A stretch of DNA of 64,000 nt, from positions 13,952 through 77,951 of IMG/VR virus record IMGVR_UViG_3300049255_000083. One strand, written 5' to 3'. Made by a program: the position numbers and the translations under genes. A model generated the notes under the pieces. The model was not told the DNA's origin. It worked only from the letters and a program-made list of their open reading frames with translations, and searched no databases. Positions within the stretch are counted from its first letter, which is position 1. The number at the start of each line of letters is the position of its first letter. Positions 9,601 to 18,873 of this stretch are shown here, piece by piece. The DNA comes from a virus.

Positions 9601-10267
9601 ACCAGTACGCCATGATGTCGGAGAGGGCCGCCATGAAGACAGGGCGCTGGGGCGAGTCCGTGGTGAGGGTGACGAGCGACCCGCCTCCGATCACGATGTC
9701 GCCGTAGGCCTGCTGGGCGAGCGTCCAGATGATGTCGAAGGGGTTAGCCCCCGAGAACACGTTGCCGTTGAGCGTGATGCCGAACTTGCTCGGGACCGGC
9801 GACGTATACGCCGGGTTCACGTTCATCTTGCACAGCTCCCACCACTTGAGGATGTCGGAGCAGTGGATGGCGACCGAGTGTTCGCCCGAGGAGTACGAGT
9901 CGCTGACCTCGGTCACGAGACCCCAGAAGATGGGATAGTACTGCGGCAGCCCTTCGACGAGGTAGTACCCCTTGGCGTAGATGTTCACCTCCATCATCGG
10001 GGAGATGACCGGCACGTTGTCGAAGTAGAAATCGTCGATCGTGTGGCGCGGAACCGAGAGGCTGATGGAAGCCGAGCCGGGCACGCTATCGATCGAGAGA
10101 TCGACCTGGATGCTCGTGATGTACTTGTTGATGTCGAACGAGCTGTTGCACGTGGGGCAGCCGACGACCTGGGTGCTGTTGTTGATGAGCACGATGGCGT
10201 CCGGCGCCGTGACCACCACTTGGCGGGCGTTCGGCTGGAAAGTGCCTTGGAACGGACTACGGGCCAT
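6647..10267 (-). CDS. Baseplate hub/tail protein (gp27/gpD-like) with Gln-rich coiled-coil C-terminus, 1206 aa
   Basis: YITSIQVDLSIDSVPGSASISL; FQTKLEIANAAKEAIGYEFYMDTTGDIVFKPPFY; RPELRMGFPI; sits between tube initiators and spike. Confidence 0.75.
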   Translation of the reverse strand: MARSPFQGTFQPNARQVVVTAPDAIVLINNSTQVVGCPTCNSSFDINKYITSIQVDLSIDSVPGSASISLSVPRHTIDDFYFDNVPVISPMMEVNIYAKGYYLVEGLPQYYPIFWGLVTEVSDSYSSGEHSVAIHCSDILKWWELCKMNVNPAYTSPVPSKFGITLNGNVFSGANPFDIIWTLAQQAYGDIVIGGGSLVTLTTDSPQRPVFMAALSDIMAYWSQRFQAVSRNLMLYGSSGVAVRGDVLQEKQFNSKNAGADARTLASKTVRMANGGDEGAQLLYDPTDPSVTSVRTNNASLGVNFWQSEFQTKLEIANAAKEAIGYEFYMDTTGDIVFKPPFYNLDILSNKPVSWIQDIDIIEWDFSDSEAEVVTQLTIQGNYSGNTDWGWPAEMTPFTNVTDYHLLRKYGWRPQQVNSEFMGNNALHMFYYGLDLLDKMNSRRHRGTVTIPFRPELRMGFPIYIAPKDQIWYIQGISHNISFGGRATTTLTLTARREKFKAPQGIGTLVLTNYNPSAAKPGTGTNPGKANLAGAGIQYTGAQLSDGGTFLLKAGDAAEVPAYPVDLTAANPNSNPYQPLILRDPQSGRILGYPNVVMAYLQPYAGSIGDWEDVAGVGNTSKRVNAAQRQKVIENQTTAAQQQLSRVTADAYSKITDKHLTNRSWFGLTSAGTFVYAHDIGKANSPATQSQTQGVIGELVLVPAGKLNTATSNTTDTTPKVKNATTMIRPVSDERGFEVIGHYRYGRGLSLSDGQLIQVGGQDNYQAANVSIQVALSGDLFASLTAQSQGLTSLTYSYPNPVNALAQLQPDDLRTSGFTTPSVDGTSGLGQASYGNTQTNFANLPVLGSPQQRGVYPSVEASELAAGLTLAEMTVVDQLGSQDGTSSGQPQCSCLLGRSDLAFISTGYKLLPTIAGTVEDPTSLYNPNAFAAVGSPQIAGGTSQPSQAQQQALDLLNQISAAQQKVQLDQVQLQAAQQSGDQALIQQAQQALAADQAQFDSLNSQYQALQASSAKAGSSVSPSLASLSPDQVTTIIDDFLFNLYMALDTPHQQYEAELRGGSYQAPQPGSNGTLQVGPNSALGNFPPPFSPTSRFATGDPNAIAQQAETSAANISQAWNSFGQNLQANTQIAALSTQLSSDQNDLAQLQAQLTRTQASLTPQQVASLQQQITKLQQKIASESLQLQQLRAKQAQGTQTPNAGGNAG

Positions 10268-11991
10268 CAGCCACCACCGAGCGTGGCCCCAAACTGCTCA
10301 CGCTCGGCCTCCTGGGTTTGGGTCTCTTGAAGTTGTGACACCGGACCGCCGCCGCTTTGCCCGACGTTGGCGCCGTAGGAGATGGAGTTCAACGCCGTGG
10401 CCTCGGGGTCGCTCTGCGTGGGGGCCGTTCCCGCTTGCGGGGTGATGCCCTGTTTCGGCGTGGTGCTCACGGGCGGCTGGAAAGCGAGTTGCGGGTCCTG
10501 CTGAGTGTCGAGAACGAACCACGCACGCACCGTGAAGCTGAACGAGTATTCGAGAGCGTAGGGGGCCTCGTCGGACTCGGTGATGCTGAAGTTGTCGAAC
10601 GAGCCGATGTAGAGGATGTGGTCGTAGTAGAGGTAGATCGAGCCGAGCGTCGCGAGGTTGACCTTCGTCACCTGCGGCGTGCTCGGATTGATGTAGTCCT
10701 GCGTCCAGATGCCCGCGTTGCTCTTGTAAAGGAGGTAGAGCGACAGGAAGTTCTGGTACGAGGTCGAGAAGTTGCGCGCCATGCGCGTGATGCCTGGTCC
10801 GGCCGAGGCGCTTCCAGCGTTGTCGAGGCCGGGCGGCGCGGAGTCGATGGCGTAGAACGCGGCGATCTTGCCGGAGCCTTCGATCTTGTCGAGGTTCTCG
10901 CCCCAGTGCTCGATGATGGGACCGTTGCGACCCCAGTTGCCGTCCGCCGTGATCTTCTCGAGGGAGTTCTTGAAGCTGCGCGGATTGACGAGGAGCCGCA
11001 GAGGCGGGGTCGCCGCCATCTGATTGATGCGGTTCGTGAGGTCCGTGATCTGGGCTTGCTGCTGCGCGAAAAACTGCTGCCCTAGATCCGACTGATTCAG
11101 ATTCTGGTTGGCAACGGAGTCGTTCTGCTGTGCCGCGATCTGGGCGTTCGAGGAGCCGCCTTGGGTGTTCCACGAGTCCTCGTTGGGGACATCCGACTGC
11201 ACGGACGTTTGCCCATTGCCCGGCGTGTCCGGCTTGCTGAACAGCACGCCCTCATCTTGGCGCCGAGCGAGGAGCGCCGGATTCACGGCGCCCGTCGTGT
11301 CGTGGACGTACTGCCCGAAGAGACCAACTGCCGCGTCGTAGTTGTTCGAGTTGAGCGCGTTTGCGATGGGACGGGGGACGCTCCCGAGGTTGTAGGCGAG
11401 TGATGTCAACGCATCGAATTGATTTTGGGTGAGCGGCGCCGACACCGACTGCTTGACCCGCTGCTGGTACTTGGCGGTGTCACTCAGCAGAAGCTGCTGG
11501 CCTTGGGCGCGGGTGATGGGCGGGTTGAACGACTCCCCAGGCTGGATCTGATGCCCGTAGCCGATGGAGAACGTCTTGTCCTGACCCGGCGGGTCCGCGT
11601 AGGGGTTCGGGCTGAACCCCTCGTGGTTCGCGATGAAAGTGAGGCCCTTCGGAGAGAGGCTCGTGGCCGTGCCGCCCGCGCCGGAGACGCCAGGATTGAG
11701 GCTCGCCAGGCCGCTGCCGGGTGGGGACGTGTTGCTGAGCGAAGCGACGCTCGCTTCGCGGGAAATGAGCCGGCCCGTAGGAAGCGGCGGGGCGATGAGT
11801 CCGACGACGAACGGTAGGGTGTTGAAATTGTCGGGCGGCTGAACGTCCGTGAGCGGCAGATACAGCGTGCTGTCGCTGTCATTGTTCGTGATGAGCGAGC
11901 TGTACCTCGTGAGCAGATCGTAGACGAGCGGCGGGTAGAAACCGGCCGTCTGCTGAATTTGCTCGTCGATGGAGGGGCTCGTGTTTGCCAT
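10267..11991 (-). CDS. GH24 lysozyme fused to a tail-tube-initiator/baseplate domain, 574 aa
   Basis: HEGFSPNPYADPPGQDKTFSIGYGH...LTQNQFDALTSLAYNLG...LLARRQDE is GH24-like; C-terminal LLVNPRSF...IIEHWGENLDKIEGSG resembles the next gene. Confidence 0.85.
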   Translation of the reverse strand: MANTSPSIDEQIQQTAGFYPPLVYDLLTRYSSLITNNDSDSTLYLPLTDVQPPDNFNTLPFVVGLIAPPLPTGRLISREASVASLSNTSPPGSGLASLNPGVSGAGGTATSLSPKGLTFIANHEGFSPNPYADPPGQDKTFSIGYGHQIQPGESFNPPITRAQGQQLLLSDTAKYQQRVKQSVSAPLTQNQFDALTSLAYNLGSVPRPIANALNSNNYDAAVGLFGQYVHDTTGAVNPALLARRQDEGVLFSKPDTPGNGQTSVQSDVPNEDSWNTQGGSSNAQIAAQQNDSVANQNLNQSDLGQQFFAQQQAQITDLTNRINQMAATPPLRLLVNPRSFKNSLEKITADGNWGRNGPIIEHWGENLDKIEGSGKIAAFYAIDSAPPGLDNAGSASAGPGITRMARNFSTSYQNFLSLYLLYKSNAGIWTQDYINPSTPQVTKVNLATLGSIYLYYDHILYIGSFDNFSITESDEAPYALEYSFSFTVRAWFVLDTQQDPQLAFQPPVSTTPKQGITPQAGTAPTQSDPEATALNSISYGANVGQSGGGPVSQLQETQTQEAEREQFGATLGGG

Positions 11992-11994
11992 GGC

Positions 11995-12765
11995 TCAGCG
12001 GGACGTAAGTGCGGCGGCCTGCGCCGCGAGGGCTTGGTTCGCTTGGTTCTGAGCGATCGTGTTGGCGGCGTTGGCCCCGGTGGCGCTCGCCGGACCCGCG
12101 TTGACCTGGATGTTCTGGACCTGGAACGGCGGGTACACCCCGACGAGGTTCGTCGAGGTGCCGAGTCCCGTGTTGCCGATGACGCCGGGGATCTGGAGGA
12201 TGGTCTGCTCGACCTTGAAGTTCCACGAGATGCTGAACGTGAACGGCGAGCCGTCCGTCTCTTCGCTCTCGAACGACGAGAAGTACCCGAGGTACAGACC
12301 CTTGTCGTACATGAGCATGACGTTGCCCTTGAGCACGACGTTGCCGTAAGGGTCGTAGACGTCACCGTTGTTGCGATAGAGGTCGTGCAAGTCGCGGTAG
12401 CGGTCCCACGCGATGGTGGACTGCCGGAGCACAGAGGACGTGCCCGTGTAGAGGTTCATGAAGGCGCCGGTCGAGCCGTCCGCCGAAATCTCCGTCAGCT
12501 CGTCGCCCCAGTGCTGCTCGACGAACCCGCCCCGCGTCTGAATGACTTCCTTCTTCTTCGTCGCGCTCTCGTTGAAGTTGGCCGGGTTCACGTGCATCAC
12601 GAGCGCGTGCGGCATGAGCGCCATCATCGCGTTCAAGGGGCTCGTGATCTGGAACGCCATCGGGATCGTTCCGCTTTTGACCGTCGCCGGATGCCGGTAG
12701 AACGGCGATGTGGTCGGCGCCGGGTTGGCCTGGAAGTCGTAGTTGGCGGACGGGATCGTCGGCAT
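11995..12765 (-). CDS. Tail tube initiator/baseplate protein (gp48/gp54-like)
   Basis: MHVNPANFNES...TRGGFVEQHWGDELTEISADG; directly after the tape measure gene. Confidence 0.7.
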   Translation of the reverse strand: MPTIPSANYDFQANPAPTTSPFYRHPATVKSGTIPMAFQITSPLNAMMALMPHALVMHVNPANFNESATKKKEVIQTRGGFVEQHWGDELTEISADGSTGAFMNLYTGTSSVLRQSTIAWDRYRDLHDLYRNNGDVYDPYGNVVLKGNVMLMYDKGLYLGYFSSFESEETDGSPFTFSISWNFKVEQTILQIPGVIGNTGLGTSTNLVGVYPPFQVQNIQVNAGPASATGANAANTIAQNQANQALAAQAAALTSR

Positions 12766-12768
12766 GGC

Positions 12769-15700
12769 TTACCGCTTCGTCCTGTTCCGCTCGTGGTTCG
12801 CGATCTGATTCTGAGCGCGGGCGTCGATGATGCGGGCCAGGTCGCCCTTCAACCGCAGCTCGACGACCTGGCCACCTGCGGCTGCGCCGACCGTAGCGCC
12901 GCCCGTTCGTGCAACAGGGGCGAGGCCCGCAACGGGGTTCTGCTGGTAGTACTGCGACGCGACCCGGCTGAAGCTCTTGAGGTCTCCCATCGTGGTGCCT
13001 TGCTCGTCAGCCGTCTGCGCCCACTTCGAGACGGCGTCCGCGTTCGTGAGCATGGCGTAATCGAAAAGGGCGTCGCTCGCGGCGTCGTACACGCCATCCG
13101 TGATGACCTTTTTGACGTTGTTCTCGAGGAACGGCCGGTCGATCTTGATCCCACGGAACCGGAGCGCCCGATAAATGTCATCGAGAGAGCCCCCATGCTC
13201 GTCGAGAGCGTCCTGGGTCTCTTCGTCCCGCTTCTCGGCATGCGTGTCGTGGACGTAGATGGAGTGCGGCGTGAGCATCTTCTGCGCGGCGATAGCCGTC
13301 TCAGGCGGATTGGCGTCTTCAATGGCCTTCTGCATCTTGTCTAGGCCACCCACCATCTGCGCGGCGATAACCGTCTCAGGCGGATTGGCGGCTTCAATGG
13401 CCTTCTGCATCTTGTCTAGGCCACCCACCATCGCCTGGAACGGGAACTGGTTCATCGCCTCCTTCATCGCGTCGCCGATGACGGCGGGGTCGATGCCGGC
13501 TTGAGACATCGCGTCCGTGACGTCCCCGGTGAACGCGGGGTTCTGCTTCAGCTCATCGAGCTTCTTCTGGACCTTGTCGAAATCCTGCTCACTCAGCTTG
13601 CCCTTGATGATCTTGAGGGCGTCATCCGAGCTGATGTTCTTGAGCGTCAGCTTCTTCATTTCGTTGAAATGCGCCTTCGCAAGGGCAAGCTCGGCCGAGA
13701 GCTGTGCCTTCTGATCGGCCGGCGTCTTGGGGTCGTCGAGCTTCTTCTGGAGGTTGGTCATCTTCTCGACCTGCTTGTCGATGGCCTGACCCATCTTGCC
13801 GAACGTGCCCTTTTGCAGCTCCTCGCGCATCTTGCACGTGTCGCCCTGAGCCTTGCCGAAGGCACTGATCAGTTCCGAGTTGCCGGACTTCTGAACCATG
13901 CGGCTCTCTTGGAGCTGTTCACGACGGCTCTTGGTGTTGTCACCCCCGACAACCTTGTCCACCAGGTCCAAGAGGGCGTCATACGTGTCGGACAGGATCT
14001 TGTAGAGCTGGTTCATCACGAAATCGACGAGGATGCCGATCTTGTCCTGCACGCTCGTCTGGAACTTAGAGGTCTCCTTCTGGAAATCGATTTCCGTTTT
14101 GCCGTCTTGGAGCAGGCGCTTCTGGTCGGCCGACATGGCGTCCCACACCTGCTTGGCCTTAAAGTCGCGTAGCTTCTTAGCCGCGGCGCCGGCAGTGCCG
14201 TCGATTTTGAGGGCCTTGAGAGCGTCCGTCTCGGAGTCAGTAAGCTCGATCCCCTTCTCGAGCTTGTGTGCCAGGTCCGCCTGCATCTGCTCGACGGCCA
14301 TGTTGAGTTTCGCGAAGGCGTCTTGCTGCTCGTCCGAGACGCCCATGGCCTGCTCAGCACCAAGACGCTCGACCCCCTTCAGCTCCTCGAATTTCTTTCC
14401 GAACATCTTCATCGACTCGGACTGGAGCTGCTCCATCGTGTCAAACGGGTCGAGGTTTCCGATGGCGCTGGCCAGGTCCACGGGCGTGCCCGCAACGATC
14501 TTGCTCTGCTGGCGGGCGGCTTCGTAGATGGCCTTCTTCGTGTCGTCGGTCATGCCCTCGCCGTTGTCGGCGATCCACTTGGCGAGTTCCTTGTCCGACT
14601 TCTTCAGGACCTGCTTCAGGATCTGCGGGTCCAGCTCCTGTCCGGTCTCCGCCCCGATACGACCAGCGAGCCCTTCGAGCTTCTTATCGAAGCTCTTCAT
14701 GTAATCGGCCGAACCGCGACCTCCCATGAGAACGTGCTTCGTGCGCTCCCCGAGGCCCTGATTCTTGAAAAATCCCGTGACGCCTTGAAGGAACTTCTGA
14801 GCATCGCGCGGGCTCATTGCCTTGCCCAGGCCGATCATCACCTTCGTGATGTCCTCCATGCGAAGGGTGAACAGCGTGAGGTCGCCGGAAAAACCTCGGA
14901 TGATGTTGAAGAACTTGTTGGTCGCGATGCCCGCTTCTTCAGCACCACGGATCATGTACTGGAACGACGTCTCGACATCGACGAGGTTCATACCGAGATC
15001 GGTCATCATCTCGCCCTCGAGCTGACCGATCTCTTGGAGACTCACGCCGAATGCAAGGGAGTACGCGACGGACATCTGCGTGAGCTTGCTCCAATCGGAG
15101 GCGTAGCCCGCGGCACCTTTCGAGTCCTTGCCGACCTGCTTGAACGACTCGTCGAGCTTTTTCAGGCTGACGCCCTCGGCCGTGATGGCGTTGAGGACAG
15201 CCTGGTGGGTCTCCTTGTTGATGCCCCAGTCGAGATTGTCGAGACTCGTCGCCTGGTCACGAATCTTCGTGAGCGTGTCTTCGAGATCCTGCGCGCCTGC
15301 CCCGACCGACTTCAGATTCTTGTGGAGGAACTCGGAGCTGCCAGCGGTCGATAGGATGTTCTTGTTGAACTCCTTTGCGCCCGCTTCGGCGTCGATGAGA
15401 AGCTGAACGATGGACGCGATGGCGCCTGCGGCCATCGAGAGGATCGGCCCGAGCGTTTTGAGCGTGGTGCCGAGTTTGCCGATGATGTCCCCCATCTTGC
15501 CCATCGCCCCGCCGCCACCGCCGGCTGCGGACATCTTGGCCCCGAGCTTCCCGAGACCGCCACCCACCGCCCCGAATCCGCGACCCAGGATCTTGCCCGC
15601 GAGCTTCGCCATCGTGGGCACGTCTTTGGAGAGAACCGCCTTGAGCGGCGCCGAGATCAGGTCACCGATCTCCTCCCCGGCGTCGAGGGCCGCATCGGTG

Positions 15701-16218
15701 ACCTCCTTGGGGTCGAACTCGAACTTCTCTTTGATCTCCTCGCTCCCCTCGTGGATCGACTCCTTCTGGTCGGAGATGTCGACGCGCTCATTGGCGAGCT
15801 TGCGCAGCTTGCCGCGGGCAGCGTCGATGGCCTTTGCGAGATTCTCCTTCTCCAGCGGCTCGGTCGCGCTCTTGATGGACTTCTGGAGATGGCGAAGCTC
15901 CGCACCCATCTCGCGCATGGCGTGCTTGTTGTTCACCATCGACTTGTTGAGCTTGTCGAGACCTTTGCCCTCCTTTTTGAGCTGGTCCATGTAGAGCTTG
16001 TGGTACGCCTTATGAGCGCCCGACGCCTTCCACATGGCCTCTTTGACGCCCTTGAAGACGCCCTTCATCGAGCGGTCGGACGTCTTCTCGATGAGGCGCA
16101 TCTTCTTCCCCCAGTCGGTCCCCATCTTCCGAATTTCGGAAGCGACCTGGGAGTAGTCGAATTCGGCGCCAAACTTGGCGAGCATCTCCGTCTTCGGAGC
16201 ACCGGCAGCGGGAGGCAT
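12769..16218 (-). CDS. Tape measure protein, 1149 aa
   Basis: Long helical K/A/G/L-rich protein with a G/A-rich hydrophobic stretch; canonical position after tube and chaperones. Confidence 0.85.
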   Translation of the reverse strand: MPPAAGAPKTEMLAKFGAEFDYSQVASEIRKMGTDWGKKMRLIEKTSDRSMKGVFKGVKEAMWKASGAHKAYHKLYMDQLKKEGKGLDKLNKSMVNNKHAMREMGAELRHLQKSIKSATEPLEKENLAKAIDAARGKLRKLANERVDISDQKESIHEGSEEIKEKFEFDPKEVTDAALDAGEEIGDLISAPLKAVLSKDVPTMAKLAGKILGRGFGAVGGGLGKLGAKMSAAGGGGGAMGKMGDIIGKLGTTLKTLGPILSMAAGAIASIVQLLIDAEAGAKEFNKNILSTAGSSEFLHKNLKSVGAGAQDLEDTLTKIRDQATSLDNLDWGINKETHQAVLNAITAEGVSLKKLDESFKQVGKDSKGAAGYASDWSKLTQMSVAYSLAFGVSLQEIGQLEGEMMTDLGMNLVDVETSFQYMIRGAEEAGIATNKFFNIIRGFSGDLTLFTLRMEDITKVMIGLGKAMSPRDAQKFLQGVTGFFKNQGLGERTKHVLMGGRGSADYMKSFDKKLEGLAGRIGAETGQELDPQILKQVLKKSDKELAKWIADNGEGMTDDTKKAIYEAARQQSKIVAGTPVDLASAIGNLDPFDTMEQLQSESMKMFGKKFEELKGVERLGAEQAMGVSDEQQDAFAKLNMAVEQMQADLAHKLEKGIELTDSETDALKALKIDGTAGAAAKKLRDFKAKQVWDAMSADQKRLLQDGKTEIDFQKETSKFQTSVQDKIGILVDFVMNQLYKILSDTYDALLDLVDKVVGGDNTKSRREQLQESRMVQKSGNSELISAFGKAQGDTCKMREELQKGTFGKMGQAIDKQVEKMTNLQKKLDDPKTPADQKAQLSAELALAKAHFNEMKKLTLKNISSDDALKIIKGKLSEQDFDKVQKKLDELKQNPAFTGDVTDAMSQAGIDPAVIGDAMKEAMNQFPFQAMVGGLDKMQKAIEAANPPETVIAAQMVGGLDKMQKAIEDANPPETAIAAQKMLTPHSIYVHDTHAEKRDEETQDALDEHGGSLDDIYRALRFRGIKIDRPFLENNVKKVITDGVYDAASDALFDYAMLTNADAVSKWAQTADEQGTTMGDLKSFSRVASQYYQQNPVAGLAPVARTGGATVGAAAGGQVVELRLKGDLARIIDARAQNQIANHERNRTKR
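13281..13432. repeat. Two 75-bp tandem copies in the tape measure gene
   Basis: MVGGLDKMQKAIE(A/D)ANPPET(V/A)IAAQ x2; two nucleotide differences seen. Confidence 0.95.
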
Positions 16219-16222
16219 CTAG

Positions 16223-17539
16223 CTATCTCCTGAACGGTTTGCCGGGGGTCCGGTCGGCGGGAATGGGGCGAGCGTCGGAAGGATCTCGGTCGGTCTGGCC
16301 GACCGAAGTGTCGATGTCGTAGCCAAGCTGCTTCCGGTTCAACCGCTCGAGGCGTTCGTTGAACTGGGTCTGCACCATCTGCTGGTGGACCTGCTGGGCC
16401 TGGAGCTGCTTGCGGCGCTGGATGCGCTCTTGGACTTCAGCGGGCGAAAGCGGACGGTCGCGGTCCGTACCTCCGACAACCCCGAGCTTCCCGAACTCCT
16501 CTTCGTGAGAGGCCGCGAGTTGCTTGAGGTGCTCCTGCTGCTGCGTCTGTGTCTCGCGAATGTGGCGCTCGTATGCCTCGATCACCTGGTCGTGCCAGTC
16601 TTTCTCACCGCGAAGGTCGTGTTCGAGCTGCGCCGACAGTTCTTCCGTCGTGCGTGCCGCGACGACGACCGCTCGCCCCTGCTGCTGCTTGGCGTCTTTG
16701 GGTTCCTCGCCGAAAACCGCCTGCCGGATGATGGCGTCTTTGCGGGCGATGATGTCTTCCTTGCGCTTGCGTCGTCGGTCGTTGTCCTGGTTGTAGACCT
16801 TCTGGATGCCCTTGCCGGCGAAACACGAGCCCACGAACTTCGCGTTCTCCCACTCCCGTTCCATCTGCTCATAGAGGTCTTCGTAGTGATTGATACTTCG
16901 CCACGTGAGCTGCGCGAAGTTCAGGCCCAGCCGTTCCGTCCCGGCGATGCCCGTCACGCTCGGGGACATGAGGTCGAGGCCGACAACCTGCGACCACCGG
17001 AACCGGGAGAAGCTCTCCGTCGCGAACGCCTCGGTGAGGATGGTCGCCGCGTTGGCACGGCGGTTCAGCTCCGAGAGGTGCCGGATGACGCGGGCACGAG
17101 CGTCGGGCGGGAACACGGAGAACGTCTTGGCAATTTCGGGGACGCTTCGATCGCGGTCGAGCAAGATGTTCTGCCCATCGACGAGGAAAACGCCGTAGGC
17201 GAGGAACAGGTCCCAGAAGTGCGACGTGGGCACCTGGTCAGGACGGTGCCCGCCAATGAGCCTCACGAGCGAGAACTCGTGGTGGTTGAAGTTCTTGAAC
17301 ACGAAGGGCACGCCGTTGATCTCGGCGGCTTGCGTGAGGAACCCTCGGTTCACGAGCGGGATGACGTCCCGGTAGATCTCGGGGTTGACCTCCGGCTCCT
17401 TGGGCGGCGGGATGCGAATGTCCCGCCGCCGCTGACGATCGGAGACCCCGCTGTTCTGCTCCTCGGCGAGCTTCTCCTGGTCGGCGAGCAACTCTCGCCG
17501 CTGATTCCAGGCTTCCTTCTCTTCCGTGGAGTACGGCAT
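16223..17539 (-). CDS. Tail assembly chaperone-like protein 2, 438 aa
   Basis: Position before the tape measure gene; GFLTQAAEINGVPFVFKNFNHHEF loosely resembles the chaperone-1 N-terminus. Confidence 0.55.
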   Translation of the reverse strand: MPYSTEEKEAWNQRRELLADQEKLAEEQNSGVSDRQRRRDIRIPPPKEPEVNPEIYRDVIPLVNRGFLTQAAEINGVPFVFKNFNHHEFSLVRLIGGHRPDQVPTSHFWDLFLAYGVFLVDGQNILLDRDRSVPEIAKTFSVFPPDARARVIRHLSELNRRANAATILTEAFATESFSRFRWSQVVGLDLMSPSVTGIAGTERLGLNFAQLTWRSINHYEDLYEQMEREWENAKFVGSCFAGKGIQKVYNQDNDRRRKRKEDIIARKDAIIRQAVFGEEPKDAKQQQGRAVVVAARTTEELSAQLEHDLRGEKDWHDQVIEAYERHIRETQTQQQEHLKQLAASHEEEFGKLGVVGGTDRDRPLSPAEVQERIQRRKQLQAQQVHQQMVQTQFNERLERLNRKQLGYDIDTSVGQTDRDPSDARPIPADRTPGKPFRR

Positions 17540-17542
17540 GCG

Positions 17543-18691
17543 TCAGACTCCGCGGGGCGGTGGCCGGTAGTGCGGGTTGATGCCGCCTTTGGGGGCCGGG
17601 TCCATGACGGACATCGCCGCCTTGGGGTCGGCCACAGGCTGCTTCTTCTCGAGGATCGGGACGTTCGACGGGCGAGCCGGAAGCGCCCCACCCGGTCCGG
17701 TGAGGGCGCCCGAGGCGTCGGCCTCGGCTTCGAGGGCGGCATTCTTCATGGCTCGCGCACCCGCGGACCCGTGGACGGGCGGGCCGGGGATCGCGCCGGG
17801 GATGGGCTTCTCCGGTTGCGGCACACGCTGGCCTTGAGCCGGAACGACGTTTTGCCGAGGCTGCGGCGACACGATGACCGGCTGCGAGACATCGACGGCC
17901 GCCGTGTTCATGGGCTGCCGGTTGCGAACGAGGTCGTTCGGGTCGGGGCCCACGGGCGCGGGGGCGGCGGCTGCCGCGACCGGAGGAGCGGGCGGGGCTG
18001 CCGGGGGCGGCGCGGGACTCGGGGGAACCGGAGGCGCTCCAGCTCCACCGCCTCGGGCCTGCTGCTGCTCACGGGCGAGCTTGTCCGCCGCCCCCATGGC
18101 GCGCTTGACCTCTTCGGCCGTGGACTTGCGCATGTACCCGGCGTCGTCGAGAACGTTGTCGACGAGCTTCTGGGGGAGGCCCTCCTCCAGTTCCTTCACC
18201 TCACCCACGAGGCGACGGAAACGGTCCTCGCTCGTCTCGTCGGGCGTGAGGAAGGTGATTCCGTCCTTCGCCTTCTTCTCGGCTCGCTCGACGGCATCCT
18301 CCACCTTGCGGTAGACGATGAACACCGCCTCTTTGCCCCACGTCGAGATGTAGTTCTTGAGGAGCCAGTCGGGCAGTTCGAGCTTGATCGTCTTGGTCTG
18401 CCCCGGCTTCTTCGGATCGTCTTCCTCGTCCTCGACGTACTGGACGCCGCGGAGGTCGACGCCGTTCATCTCGACGATGGCCCGCTTCACATGCGCGAGC
18501 TGAAAGCCGTAGAGGTAGTCGACGTCCTCCAGGCCCTTGCACTCGGCGTAGATGGCCTCGTACTCGTCCGGCCGTAGGTTGCGGACGATGACCTCTAGCG
18601 TGTCGAAGAGCGTGACACGCTCCTCGATGATGCCGATGTTCTCGGCCTTTTTGAGTGACTCTCGGAGCGCGCGTGCGGACAGGGTGCCCAT
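17543..18691 (-). CDS. Tail assembly chaperone-like protein 1 with Pro/Ala-rich C-terminus, 382 aa
   Basis: Start reassigned to ATG 18691 (MGTLSARAL) after a GAGGAAG RBS; EVIVRNLRPDEYEAI; follows the tube gene. Confidence 0.65.
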   Translation of the reverse strand: MGTLSARALRESLKKAENIGIIEERVTLFDTLEVIVRNLRPDEYEAIYAECKGLEDVDYLYGFQLAHVKRAIVEMNGVDLRGVQYVEDEEDDPKKPGQTKTIKLELPDWLLKNYISTWGKEAVFIVYRKVEDAVERAEKKAKDGITFLTPDETSEDRFRRLVGEVKELEEGLPQKLVDNVLDDAGYMRKSTAEEVKRAMGAADKLAREQQQARGGGAGAPPVPPSPAPPPAAPPAPPVAAAAAPAPVGPDPNDLVRNRQPMNTAAVDVSQPVIVSPQPRQNVVPAQGQRVPQPEKPIPGAIPGPPVHGSAGARAMKNAALEAEADASGALTGPGGALPARPSNVPILEKKQPVADPKAAMSVMDPAPKGGINPHYRPPPRGV

Positions 18692-18873
18692 TCTCTTGAT
18701 CTTCCTCTTTGTTTGAGGCCGACCCCGGGAAGGGCGACGAAGACGAGAGCGCAGAGGGGCTACATCTGGATCTGGATCTGGCGAGTCGAGAAACGGCCGG
18801 AGCCGATCTGGGTCTTGGTATGATCTGATTCCATCTGCATCTAGGGACTTCGTCGCCGACCAAAGGTCGACGT

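Noticed and set aside
17539-17545. Programmed frameshift or readthrough joining the two tail chaperones (lambda G/GT style)
   Set aside because: No slippery heptamer at the end of chaperone 1; the in-frame TGA-CGC-ATG spacing recurs at many unrelated junctions, so it is not specific evidence.
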